From: Eubacteriales bacterium
Lineage (GTDB): Bacteria > Bacillota > Clostridia > Oscillospirales > CAG-272
Direction of reading: 5' to 3'
Assembly (NCBI GenBank): GCA_045541375.1
Contig: JAZQJB010000144.1
Span: 87,493 to 151,492 of the forward strand
DNA length: 64,000 nucleotides
Shown: piece after piece, positions 19,407-27,141 of the stretch
Position numbering within the stretch: position 1 is the first letter of the stretch
Layout of the letters: each line of letters starts with the position of its first letter
Position numbers and translations under genes: made by a program
The notes under the pieces: model-generated
Database searches by the model: none
What the model saw: the letters and a program-made list of their open reading frames with translations, nothing else
What the model was told of the DNA's origin: nothing

Positions 19407-20684
19407 ATGGCATCAAACAATAAGACTTCTCTTCCTCGCTGTTCCTTTTGTCAGCGTGAAGAGCATGAAGTAAATTTCCTTATCCCTTCGGGCACGGGCT
19501 TGTATATTTGCGACTTTTGCGTAGAGACCTGCCAGGAGATCATCGAAGAAAGCCTTCAGATGATGCGCCAGGACACTATCGAAGACGAAGATACTTTAAC
19601 TCTTGAAAATCTTCCCCGTCCTGCTCAGATCAAGGCATCGCTCGATGAATACGTTATCGGTCAGGATCAGGCAAAAATTGCTTTGTCCGTCGCTGTTTAC
19701 AATCATTATAAGAGAATTCTCACAAAGAATCCCAAGGGAAAGAATGCGGATAACCCGGAAGACTCGGTTGAGCTTCAAAAGAGCAACGTTCTTCTTTTGG
19801 GTTCAACGGGTGTCGGAAAGACTTATCTTGCACAGACTCTTGCAAAATCGCTTAAAGTTCCTTTTGCAATCGCTGACGCAACTACTCTTACGGAGGCGGG
19901 ATATGTCGGTGAGGACGTTGAAAATATTCTTCTGCGCTTGATTCAGGCTGCAGATTTTGATATTTCGAAGGCTGAAAAAGGAATCATATACATTGACGAG
20001 ATCGATAAGATTTCAAGAAAGAGTGAAAACCGCTCTATCACAAGAGATGTCTCCGGAGAGGGCGTACAGCAGGCATTGTTGAAGATTCTTGAAGGAACTA
20101 CCGCAAACGTTCCTCCTCAAGGAGGACGCAAGCATCCCAATCAGGAGTTTATTCAGATCAACACCGAGAATATTCTCTTTATTTGCGGCGGTGCATTTGA
20201 CGGACTTGACAAGATCATCGATAAGCGACACGGATCGCAGACGATCGGCTTTTCGGGTGAGCTAAAAAAGAAGACTTCCGACAAACACGGCGTTGACTAC
20301 TCTGACGTTACACCGCACGATATTGTAAAGTACGGTCTGATTCCCGAACTTGTTGGCAGAATCCCGATCATCGTTGCTCTTGATAGCCTTGATAAAGATT
20401 CGCTTATAAGAATCATCAAGGAGCCCAAGAATGCTCTTACCCGTCAATACATTAAGCTCTTCTCTCTTGACGGAATTGATCTTGAGTTTGACGACAGCGC
20501 CGCAGAAGCGGTTGCAGAGCTTGCAATAGAGAGAAACACGGGTGCACGCGGACTTCGCTCGATTTTCGAAAACGCTATGATGGGACTTATGTATGAGCTT
20601 CCCGGAAGAACCGATGTTGAAAAAGTCATCATAACAGGTGATTTTATCAACGGAAAAACTCCCGCACAGATCATAACCAAATAA
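19407..20684 (+). CDS. clpX: ATP-dependent Clp protease ATP-binding subunit ClpX
   Basis: N-terminal zinc ribbon CSFC...CDFC and Walker A GSTGVGKT. Start set at the ATG at 19407 (MASNNK). The ORF-track start lies inside clpP. Confidence 0.95.
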   Translation: MASNNKTSLPRCSFCQREEHEVNFLIPSGTGLYICDFCVETCQEIIEESLQMMRQDTIEDEDTLTLENLPRPAQIKASLDEYVIGQDQAKIALSVAVYNHYKRILTKNPKGKNADNPEDSVELQKSNVLLLGSTGVGKTYLAQTLAKSLKVPFAIADATTLTEAGYVGEDVENILLRLIQAADFDISKAEKGIIYIDEIDKISRKSENRSITRDVSGEGVQQALLKILEGTTANVPPQGGRKHPNQEFIQINTENILFICGGAFDGLDKIIDKRHGSQTIGFSGELKKKTSDKHGVDYSDVTPHDIVKYGLIPELVGRIPIIVALDSLDKDSLIRIIKEPKNALTRQYIKLFSLDGIDLEFDDSAAEAVAELAIERNTGARGLRSIFENAMMGLMYELPGRTDVEKVIITGDFINGKTPAQIITK

Positions 20685-20692
20685 TTAATAAC

Positions 20693-20722
20693 TATGGGGC
20701 TGGTAATGATACCAACCCCATA
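20693..20722. terminator. Hairpin terminator between clpX and the convergent Cys-rich gene
   Basis: TATGGGGCTGGTA-ATGA-TACCAACCCCATA (one mismatch), followed by TTGTTGTTT. Confidence 0.7.
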
Positions 20723-20729
20723 TTGTTGT

Positions 20730-21563
20730 TTAGTTGCACTTTCCGGAACAGTTAGAAATCTGCGGCAGACACGGCGGGCAAAATTCAGATGTCGGAAACG
20801 CCATTGAGTTGAAGATCGAACAGGGATCTTCTTCCTTGGGAGAAATACACTCCTTGTCGGGGACGCAGTATTCTGCGGCATTTACCAAAAGCTGAGTAGG
20901 TCTTGTGAGTCTGATAACCGAAAAGATTCCGAGTGACACGGTAAGATATCTTTCACATTCTTTAATGGTTTCGCAAATCGGATACTCAAGCTGACACGAA
21001 ACGTGCTCGGGAATATCACAACAGCAGCAACAGCAATTTGCGGGAACAGAATGCTTATCAAATATCTTTACATCAAGAATGATCGGATCGGTCGCCTCTA
21101 CGACTGCGGTGGGAAGTGTCGAAGAACAGTTGTCGCACTTGGGTATTTCGCAAATAGAATGATCACCGGGATGCGACTTGAAAGTGTTCACGTGTCTTTC
21201 TCCGCCAAACAACACCACCTTTTTGTCTATTGCCGCGATTCCTTCAAATTCCTGAGGCTTGTTGCTTCCAATGCATGCTTCAAATGTGAGTTTGATATAA
21301 TATCTGATATTTACTGTGTAAAATCCGCGGTTGAATCTGACTCGGTCGAGACCGATATATGTCCACGCAATATATGCATCCTTGGCTCTGATATTACCTG
21401 TTCTGCTGATAATATCATTGCCGTATTCACTCAAGCTTACTCTTACGTTTTCAAAGCAATCTCTGTCCCTGCAGCTGTCGTATATACGGTTTGTTTCGAT
21501 GCAGCATACGTCACGAGAGCTGAGACTTGAAGAGCAGTTTGATCCAAATCTGCTATCGGGCAT
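20730..21563 (-). CDS. Cysteine-rich hypothetical protein (candidate spore coat/exosporium component)
   Basis: Start set at the ATG at 21563 (MPDSRF), with a perfect RBS AAGGAGGG 7 nt upstream. About 25 Cys in 277 aa, including a CCCCCC run. I recognise no family. Confidence 0.6.
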   Translation of the reverse strand: MPDSRFGSNCSSSLSSRDVCCIETNRIYDSCRDRDCFENVRVSLSEYGNDIISRTGNIRAKDAYIAWTYIGLDRVRFNRGFYTVNIRYYIKLTFEACIGSNKPQEFEGIAAIDKKVVLFGGERHVNTFKSHPGDHSICEIPKCDNCSSTLPTAVVEATDPIILDVKIFDKHSVPANCCCCCCDIPEHVSCQLEYPICETIKECERYLTVSLGIFSVIRLTRPTQLLVNAAEYCVPDKECISPKEEDPCSIFNSMAFPTSEFCPPCLPQISNCSGKCN

Positions 21564-21726
21564 AATGAACCCTCCTTGGCTGAAATTAGAGCGCATAGCC
21601 TTGGCTCCAATATCATTCTATGCACACCCAAGAAAAATGACATAGCAGGTCGAAAAAATATAATTAATGTCAAAACATTTGAGTCACAATTTGTTTACTT
21701 GACTTTCTCAAATTTAAGTAGTATAA

Positions 21727-21984
21727 TTATAAGAGATCCTTTTTGGTAGCATACTTTTGTTTTGTTGCTTCACCACCCCGTATATGTCGCTCGGATTTGT
21801 TGAACGATAACAACTTTTCCACCTCCTTATGCAACGGCGGGTTGACTTTTTTGAGGGTTTTCGAAACATCTTTATGTACCGTACTTTTGCTTATACCGAA
21901 ATAGGTCGCCGTGCCTCTTACGGTGGTTTTATTTTCAAGCATATATATAGCAACCGCCTCACAGCGTTCTTTGTTATAATTCAT
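21727..21984 (-). CDS. spoIIID: Sporulation transcriptional regulator SpoIIID
   Basis: 85 aa: MNYNKERCEAVAIYMLENKTTVRGTATYFGISKSTVHKDV... with the characteristic HTH and size. Start at the ATG at 21984 with RBS GAGGT. The ORF-track 151-aa version is an upstream extension. Confidence 0.9.
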   Translation of the reverse strand: MNYNKERCEAVAIYMLENKTTVRGTATYFGISKSTVHKDVSKTLKKVNPPLHKEVEKLLSFNKSERHIRGGEATKQKYATKKDLL

Positions 21985-22060
21985 ATCATTACCTCGAATC
22001 GTGTTTACTACACTATATGAAGATTGGTAATGAATAATACTATACAGGAAGACGAGATTT

Positions 22061-22828
22061 ATGGTTAATATTGAAAATTCTATAGTATTCGAGGGAATGA
22101 CGTCAGTATCTGCACTAATTTCTGCCGCAAGAAACGGCAGGTCAAAGAGAACGATACTGAAAGTAGTATTCTCTAAAAGCAAGGTAAAAAAGGCTCACGG
22201 ACGGTATATATTCGTTAAGCACGCTTCTGAAGAGCTCGGTTTTGATTTGGTGGTAGTTGATGATGAAGTCATTGAAACGCTTGCATCCGGCAAAACTCAC
22301 GGAGGCATACTCGCAGTAGCTACTGAAGCTGATTATAAAGAATTCAATCCAAACTTCATCAAAGACAACGGATTTGCCGCAATTATTGAAGGAGTTGAGG
22401 ATCCATATAGCTTGGGATATTCTCTCAGAACGCTCTACGCTTGCGGCTGTGACGCTGTAATTTTGCCGAGGCACTTGCCCTCTGCATCTGATTCGGCTCT
22501 TTGCAAGTCCTCTGCGGGCGCCTCAGAGCTGCTAAATATTTATTTAGGCGATACATCTGAAATTGCTACATTATATAAGGATTTCGGATACCGCATAGCT
22601 TGCGCAGCAATTCCTGATTCTGTCCCCTGCTTTGAGGCTGATTTGACGCTTCCCTTGCTTCTTGTTATTGGTGGAGAAAAGAGAGGCATTTCATCTAAGT
22701 TACTCCAAATAAAAGATCTTAACGTAAGAATTCCTTACGGAACAGAGTTTATGGGCTCACTTTCTACTTCATCTGCGGTTTCGATACTTGCTTATGAAGT
22801 ACTCAGACAGAACACAAATAAACAATAA
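22061..22828 (+). CDS. TrmH/SpoU family RNA 2'-O-methyltransferase (RlmB-like)
   Basis: C-terminal SPOUT motifs LVIGGEKRGIS and IPYGTEFMGSLSTSSAVSILAYE. Confidence 0.85.
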   Translation: MVNIENSIVFEGMTSVSALISAARNGRSKRTILKVVFSKSKVKKAHGRYIFVKHASEELGFDLVVVDDEVIETLASGKTHGGILAVATEADYKEFNPNFIKDNGFAAIIEGVEDPYSLGYSLRTLYACGCDAVILPRHLPSASDSALCKSSAGASELLNIYLGDTSEIATLYKDFGYRIACAAIPDSVPCFEADLTLPLLLVIGGEKRGISSKLLQIKDLNVRIPYGTEFMGSLSTSSAVSILAYEVLRQNTNKQ

Positions 22829-22848
22829 CGTATCAGAAAGGCAACCAA

Positions 22849-23772
22849 ATGTCAGCGAACAGAAAATTTAAGTTATTTGATATGAACAGGGACGGTCCCG
22901 GCGTTTCAAAGGACGAAAAGCCCTTCGTTCCCAATTTAATAAGTATGCCGAAATTTTATTTGAGAAATTTCACAAGAATCTTGTCTTTGAATTTTCTGAT
23001 GCTTCCGATATTGCTTATACCACTTGCATTGGTATATATGTTTTTGATCGCACCTACAACTCCTTCGGAAACAAGCATTCTCTACTCTACCCTTTATGGC
23101 TCACAAGTTCTTGGCGAAAGCCCTGTATGGGGATCTCTGCTTAATGTGTATGGTATCCAGCTTAATCTCCCGACTTTCTCTCCGGCAGTTATATGGGTAA
23201 TGCTCGGTCTCGGTGCTCTGCTGGCGATCATTTGGGGTTGGGTCAACGTTGGCGCTACATATTGTACGAGAAATATGCTCCGAGGGGATCCTGTCTTTAT
23301 GACAAGCGACTTCTTTTACGCGATAAAGCGTAATTTATGGTCCGGATTGTTACTTGGTCTTATTGACTTCGGTATTATTGCGATCCTTATATTCGATTTT
23401 GCCTATTTTTCAAAGATAGGCGGAACCTTTATGATAGATTTCTTCTACTACGCTATCTGCGCTCTTTGCATCATCTATTTCTTTATGCGGTTCTATATAT
23501 ACCTGATGCTGATCACTTTCGACATAAAGATAAAGAAGATCTTCAAGAACGCGCTGATCTTTTCCGTTCTTGGCGTTGGAAGAAATTTAATGAGTGTCGT
23601 CGGTATTGCAGTCCTTATAGCACTTAACATAGCGCTGATCGCGCTGCTTTGGCCTCTCGGTGTTGTGGCTCCGCTTATCCTTCCTATGATCTATTTACTT
23701 CCTTCGATCAATCTGTTGATTTCATACGGCGCTTATCCCGTAATTGAAAAATATATGATAAAAGCCGATTAA
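22849..23772 (+). CDS. YesL/DUF624 family polytopic membrane protein
   Basis: 307 aa with multiple TM helices. The segment GATYCTRNMLRGDPVFMTSDFFYAIKRNLWSGLLLGLID resembles the YesL signature. Confidence 0.6.
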   Translation: MSANRKFKLFDMNRDGPGVSKDEKPFVPNLISMPKFYLRNFTRILSLNFLMLPILLIPLALVYMFLIAPTTPSETSILYSTLYGSQVLGESPVWGSLLNVYGIQLNLPTFSPAVIWVMLGLGALLAIIWGWVNVGATYCTRNMLRGDPVFMTSDFFYAIKRNLWSGLLLGLIDFGIIAILIFDFAYFSKIGGTFMIDFFYYAICALCIIYFFMRFYIYLMLITFDIKIKKIFKNALIFSVLGVGRNLMSVVGIAVLIALNIALIALLWPLGVVAPLILPMIYLLPSINLLISYGAYPVIEKYMIKAD

Positions 23773-24500
23773 TTCCCTATCAGCTCGGATACTGTTACAA
23801 AGCAGTATCCGAGCTCTTTTAGTTTTGGTATGACTCTCCTTAAAGCTTCCGCTGTATGCGATTCTACGCAAACGTAATCATGCATCAGTATTATCGAACC
23901 GTCTGAAACATTACTCAGTATTTCGTTCTCGATTTCTGTCGCGTTTCTTCCTTCCCAATCACGTGTGTCAATGCTCCATAATACCATTGAATAGCCACGT
24001 TCACCGCACACAGACGTCAGCGTAGCGTCATAAATGCCGCCGGGAGGGCGAAACAGTACTGAACTATACTCTGAATGGTTGAATATTTCATCATCACACA
24101 AGTCAATCTCGCGCTCCATATCGCGTCTGCTGTTTTTGTGCCTAAACAGGTACTTGTGCCCAAAAGTATGATTGCCGATCTCATGTCCTTCAACAATTAT
24201 TCTTTCGATTATATCGCTGTTAGCCTTCACATTCTCGCCTACAACAAAGAACGTTGCGCTGACACCGTATTCCTTAAGAACATCTAAAATCTCAGGCGTC
24301 AGTTCGGAGTGAGGTCCGTCGTCGAATGTTAGCGCTATTGAATGACTGCTGTCTGAACCACTTGTATATACAGGGCAGTTACTTTCGTAATCCTCTTTTT
24401 CACCGAAAGACAGCGAAAATATGCTCAGTAATGACAGAAGGATTACAAGATTAATTTTGCGACAATTCCTTTTTGAGTTCTTCAAGCGTTCCAATTTCAT
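23769..24500 (-). CDS. Polysaccharide deacetylase (NodB domain), secreted
   Basis: Signal-like N-terminus, ALTFDDGPH, and the His motifs HEIGNHTFGH. Confidence 0.85.
   Translation of the reverse strand: MKLERLKNSKRNCRKINLVILLSLLSIFSLSFGEKEDYESNCPVYTSGSDSSHSIALTFDDGPHSELTPEILDVLKEYGVSATFFVVGENVKANSDIIERIIVEGHEIGNHTFGHKYLFRHKNSRRDMEREIDLCDDEIFNHSEYSSVLFRPPGGIYDATLTSVCGERGYSMVLWSIDTRDWEGRNATEIENEILSNVSDGSIILMHDYVCVESHTAEALRRVIPKLKELGYCFVTVSELIGN
23782..23820 (+). terminator. Intrinsic terminator of the yesL-like gene, embedded in the 3' coding end of the convergent deacetylase gene
   Basis: 13-bp stem AGCTCGGATACTG / CAGTATCCGAGCT with loop TTACAAAG, followed by CTTTT. Confidence 0.7.
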
Positions 24501-25245
24501 AACCGTTATTTCTCATTTCATCTATGATAGTGCCCAAAATTGCGGCGTTAGTTGCAGAGGTTGGGTGTAACAACAAAACCGCTCCGTTGTGAAGATTATC
24601 AAGTACTTTTTTGATAGCGTAATCTTTGGAAGGCTGTTTATTGTTATCCCAGTCAGCGTAAGCAAAACTCCAAAATACAGTGGAGTATCCCAGAGACTCT
24701 GCTGACTTCAAGTTTTCTTCGTTGAATCTACCCTCCGGTGGTCTGTAAAAATGAGATATTTCACATCCTGTCAATTGTTTGTATGATGATTCAAGTGCTG
24801 ATAATTCCTCGGCAAAGGTGTCAATATTTATGATTTTCGACATATCTTTGTGATGTGCTGTATGATTACAGACCAAATGCCCTTCTCTTTGCATTCGTAA
24901 TACAAGTTCAGGATTTGAGTTGATAAGATTCTCAAGTATAAAAAACGCACCTTTGGCCTCCTTTTCCTTCAAAACATCAAGTATTTTAGCAATATTGCCG
25001 TTTTCATAACCCGCATCGAATGTCAGATATGCAACTTTGTGTTCCTCATTGTCGCTTCTTTTACTATTTATCCATATAGTATCGTATTTATCAATAAAAG
25101 AAAACTCTGTTGGTAGTTTGGGTTGCAGATTGTCTGAATTACGTTTACAATACCAAGAATATGCGGTATTTGACGCGTTCGCGGAAATAACAGGAAGATT
25201 AAATATGACGCAAATTATCAATAAAAGAATAATTATTTTTTTCAT
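24451..25245 (-). CDS. Polysaccharide deacetylase, PdaA-like (candidate delta-lactam-biosynthetic de-N-acetylase)
   Basis: AYLTFDAGYENGN and EGHLVCNHTAHH. Start set at the ATG at 25245 (MKKIIILL) with RBS AAAGGAG. The ORF-track TTG at 25284 is less likely. Confidence 0.75.
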   Translation of the reverse strand: MKKIIILLLIICVIFNLPVISANASNTAYSWYCKRNSDNLQPKLPTEFSFIDKYDTIWINSKRSDNEEHKVAYLTFDAGYENGNIAKILDVLKEKEAKGAFFILENLINSNPELVLRMQREGHLVCNHTAHHKDMSKIINIDTFAEELSALESSYKQLTGCEISHFYRPPEGRFNEENLKSAESLGYSTVFWSFAYADWDNNKQPSKDYAIKKVLDNLHNGAVLLLHPTSATNAAILGTIIDEMRNNGYEIGTLEELKKELSQN

Positions 25246-25324
25246 TGTGGCTCCTTTCTTTTTATTCATTTTTATATTTCCCAAAAATAATTATTAAACG
25301 CAATGAAAATTTTCAATCATAAGG

Positions 25325-25357
25325 TAAAAAAAGAAAACACCGATAAACGGTGTTTTC
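25325..25357 (-). terminator. Intrinsic terminator after the EEP lipoprotein gene
   Basis: Minus strand: GAAAACACCG-TTTAT-CGGTGTTTTC followed by TTTTTTT. Confidence 0.8.
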
Positions 25358-25363
25358 ATAAAA

Positions 25364-27124
25364 TTATTTTGTGAGTTTTATATCGATATAAATCGGCGAG
25401 TGATCCGAAGCATCGATAATGTAGTCAGCGATCAAGGTGTTATAATACAGTACCTTTGGTGCTGTTTGTTCCATAAAAGTAATATGATCTATGGATTCGT
25501 ATTTACTAGTATTTACATTTTGAAACAGAGTGTGATAAGTCGTGCAGGCTCTGTTGATAACCTTAGCGCTCTTCTTGGCATCTACAAAACCGGATTCCTG
25601 AAGAAAGGTCTTGTATTCCTCGGAGATTTCGGATGAATTGTAGTCACCGCAAGCGAAGATATCCACTTTATATTTATTATAAAGCTTTTCGCAAAACTCA
25701 GCCATTTCTTTAGCTTCGGTCATTCTCATCCATTGACGTTCTGCGCCAACGTCCCAGTGAGTGCTGAAAACTATATAGCGTTCACCTGTTGAAATAGACT
25801 CAAAAACTCCCCAAACGATAGAACGTAATCTCTTGGAATTTCCTACAGAGTAGTATTCGAGTCCTTCTTCTATAAGCTTCGTAGTTTGAGTATTATAAAT
25901 CAATGTGGTGTAAGTTCCGGAACCTTCAAGATTCTTTTTTCTTGTAAATTTATAAATTCCACCAACATTTGTTTCAAGGATCGGATACCATTTATTTGAT
26001 ACTTCCTGGAGTGCTGCTACGTCTGGCAAATAGTTCAGTAAAACAGCAGATACGCGAACATCTCTGCCCTCCATTACAGCAGCTGCATCCCATTCTTCGG
26101 AAAGTATGTTAAATGACATAATTCTTGTATCAGCCCCATCTATGAGTGCGGGCGATTCTCCGCCGGTAAAAGTATTGAAAGTAAACACAGTTTGCGTGGG
26201 TAAATTCATAGATGAAATATGACCCGAGCGGATAAACATATTGACAAACGACTCAACTGCGCGCGATACACCGGCATCGGAGTTTCCGCAGACGAGTATG
26301 CTGCTTTCAGAGGATGCAATAATCGAATCCATAGCACCAAGCGATGAGTAATTATATTTGAAACGGCTCTTATCATTTAGAATACCGATTATGATCTCGT
26401 GTGCGGCTTGGGGCTCATTTTCTGAAACGACTTTTACCGTAAGATCGTAATTTTTCTTAAAGTGCTTGGAAATGGTTTCGGCGTACTTTTTATATTTTCC
26501 ATCCGAATCATACACTATCTGAAGATCATCGGCAGAAAAACCATTTTCAAAAATGTTGGTATCATCCGGTTTATAAATATAGTTACCGCCGCTGTATACG
26601 AGATTACCTTCTTCATCTGTTGAAAGATGAGTGGTAAAATATTCAAAGCATTTAGTAAGATCAGTATAGTTAGGAGCAACCATAATAATCTTATTGTTGT
26701 CGCATACTTCAACAGCGTAGTCGCCGTAACCAAGATTATGTTTCGCGATGACTTCGCTTGTTTCCTCTCTGCAAGTCAGACCGATAATTATCTCACAAGC
26801 ATCAGCGGGAGGGGCTGAACTCGGCATTGTCCAGTCAGCCGCGATCTGAAACGTAATATCAAATGTAGCGTTGAGTTGGTTTTTAAAATTAACAATAACA
26901 TCAATTTCATCTTGAGTCGCGTCAATAAACCTTATAAGCTTATAGATCACTTCGCTGCTCGATGCTATAACAATTTCGGATGCCTGTTCATCGGTTTCCA
27001 CATTTTCGGTGCCGGTTGCAGCATCGGTCTCAATATTCTCATCTTCGCTATCATTGCACGAAGTAAATGAAAAGCTCAAGAAAACAAGGATAAAAACTAA
27101 AAGTAATGCAGTAATTCTTTTCAA
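25364..27124 (-). CDS. Lipoprotein with a C-terminal endonuclease/exonuclease/phosphatase (EEP) domain
   Basis: Signal peptide plus lipobox (LSFSFTSC). The C-terminal part has RIMSFNILSEEW and DHSPIYIDI. TTG start with GGAGG 8 nt upstream. Confidence 0.75.
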   Translation of the reverse strand: MKRITALLLVFILVFLSFSFTSCNDSEDENIETDAATGTENVETDEQASEIVIASSSEVIYKLIRFIDATQDEIDVIVNFKNQLNATFDITFQIAADWTMPSSAPPADACEIIIGLTCREETSEVIAKHNLGYGDYAVEVCDNNKIIMVAPNYTDLTKCFEYFTTHLSTDEEGNLVYSGGNYIYKPDDTNIFENGFSADDLQIVYDSDGKYKKYAETISKHFKKNYDLTVKVVSENEPQAAHEIIIGILNDKSRFKYNYSSLGAMDSIIASSESSILVCGNSDAGVSRAVESFVNMFIRSGHISSMNLPTQTVFTFNTFTGGESPALIDGADTRIMSFNILSEEWDAAAVMEGRDVRVSAVLLNYLPDVAALQEVSNKWYPILETNVGGIYKFTRKKNLEGSGTYTTLIYNTQTTKLIEEGLEYYSVGNSKRLRSIVWGVFESISTGERYIVFSTHWDVGAERQWMRMTEAKEMAEFCEKLYNKYKVDIFACGDYNSSEISEEYKTFLQESGFVDAKKSAKVINRACTTYHTLFQNVNTSKYESIDHITFMEQTAPKVLYYNTLIADYIIDASDHSPIYIDIKLTK

Positions 27125-27141
27125 GAATACGTCCTCCTTGA

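Noticed and set aside
21615-21641. Calling a definite sigmaE/sigmaK promoter for the Cys-rich gene as a feature
   Set aside because: Only the -10-like CATAGAAT is convincing. The -35 spacing (TCATTTT at 11 nt) does not fit either consensus well, so it is kept as a weak supporting remark only.
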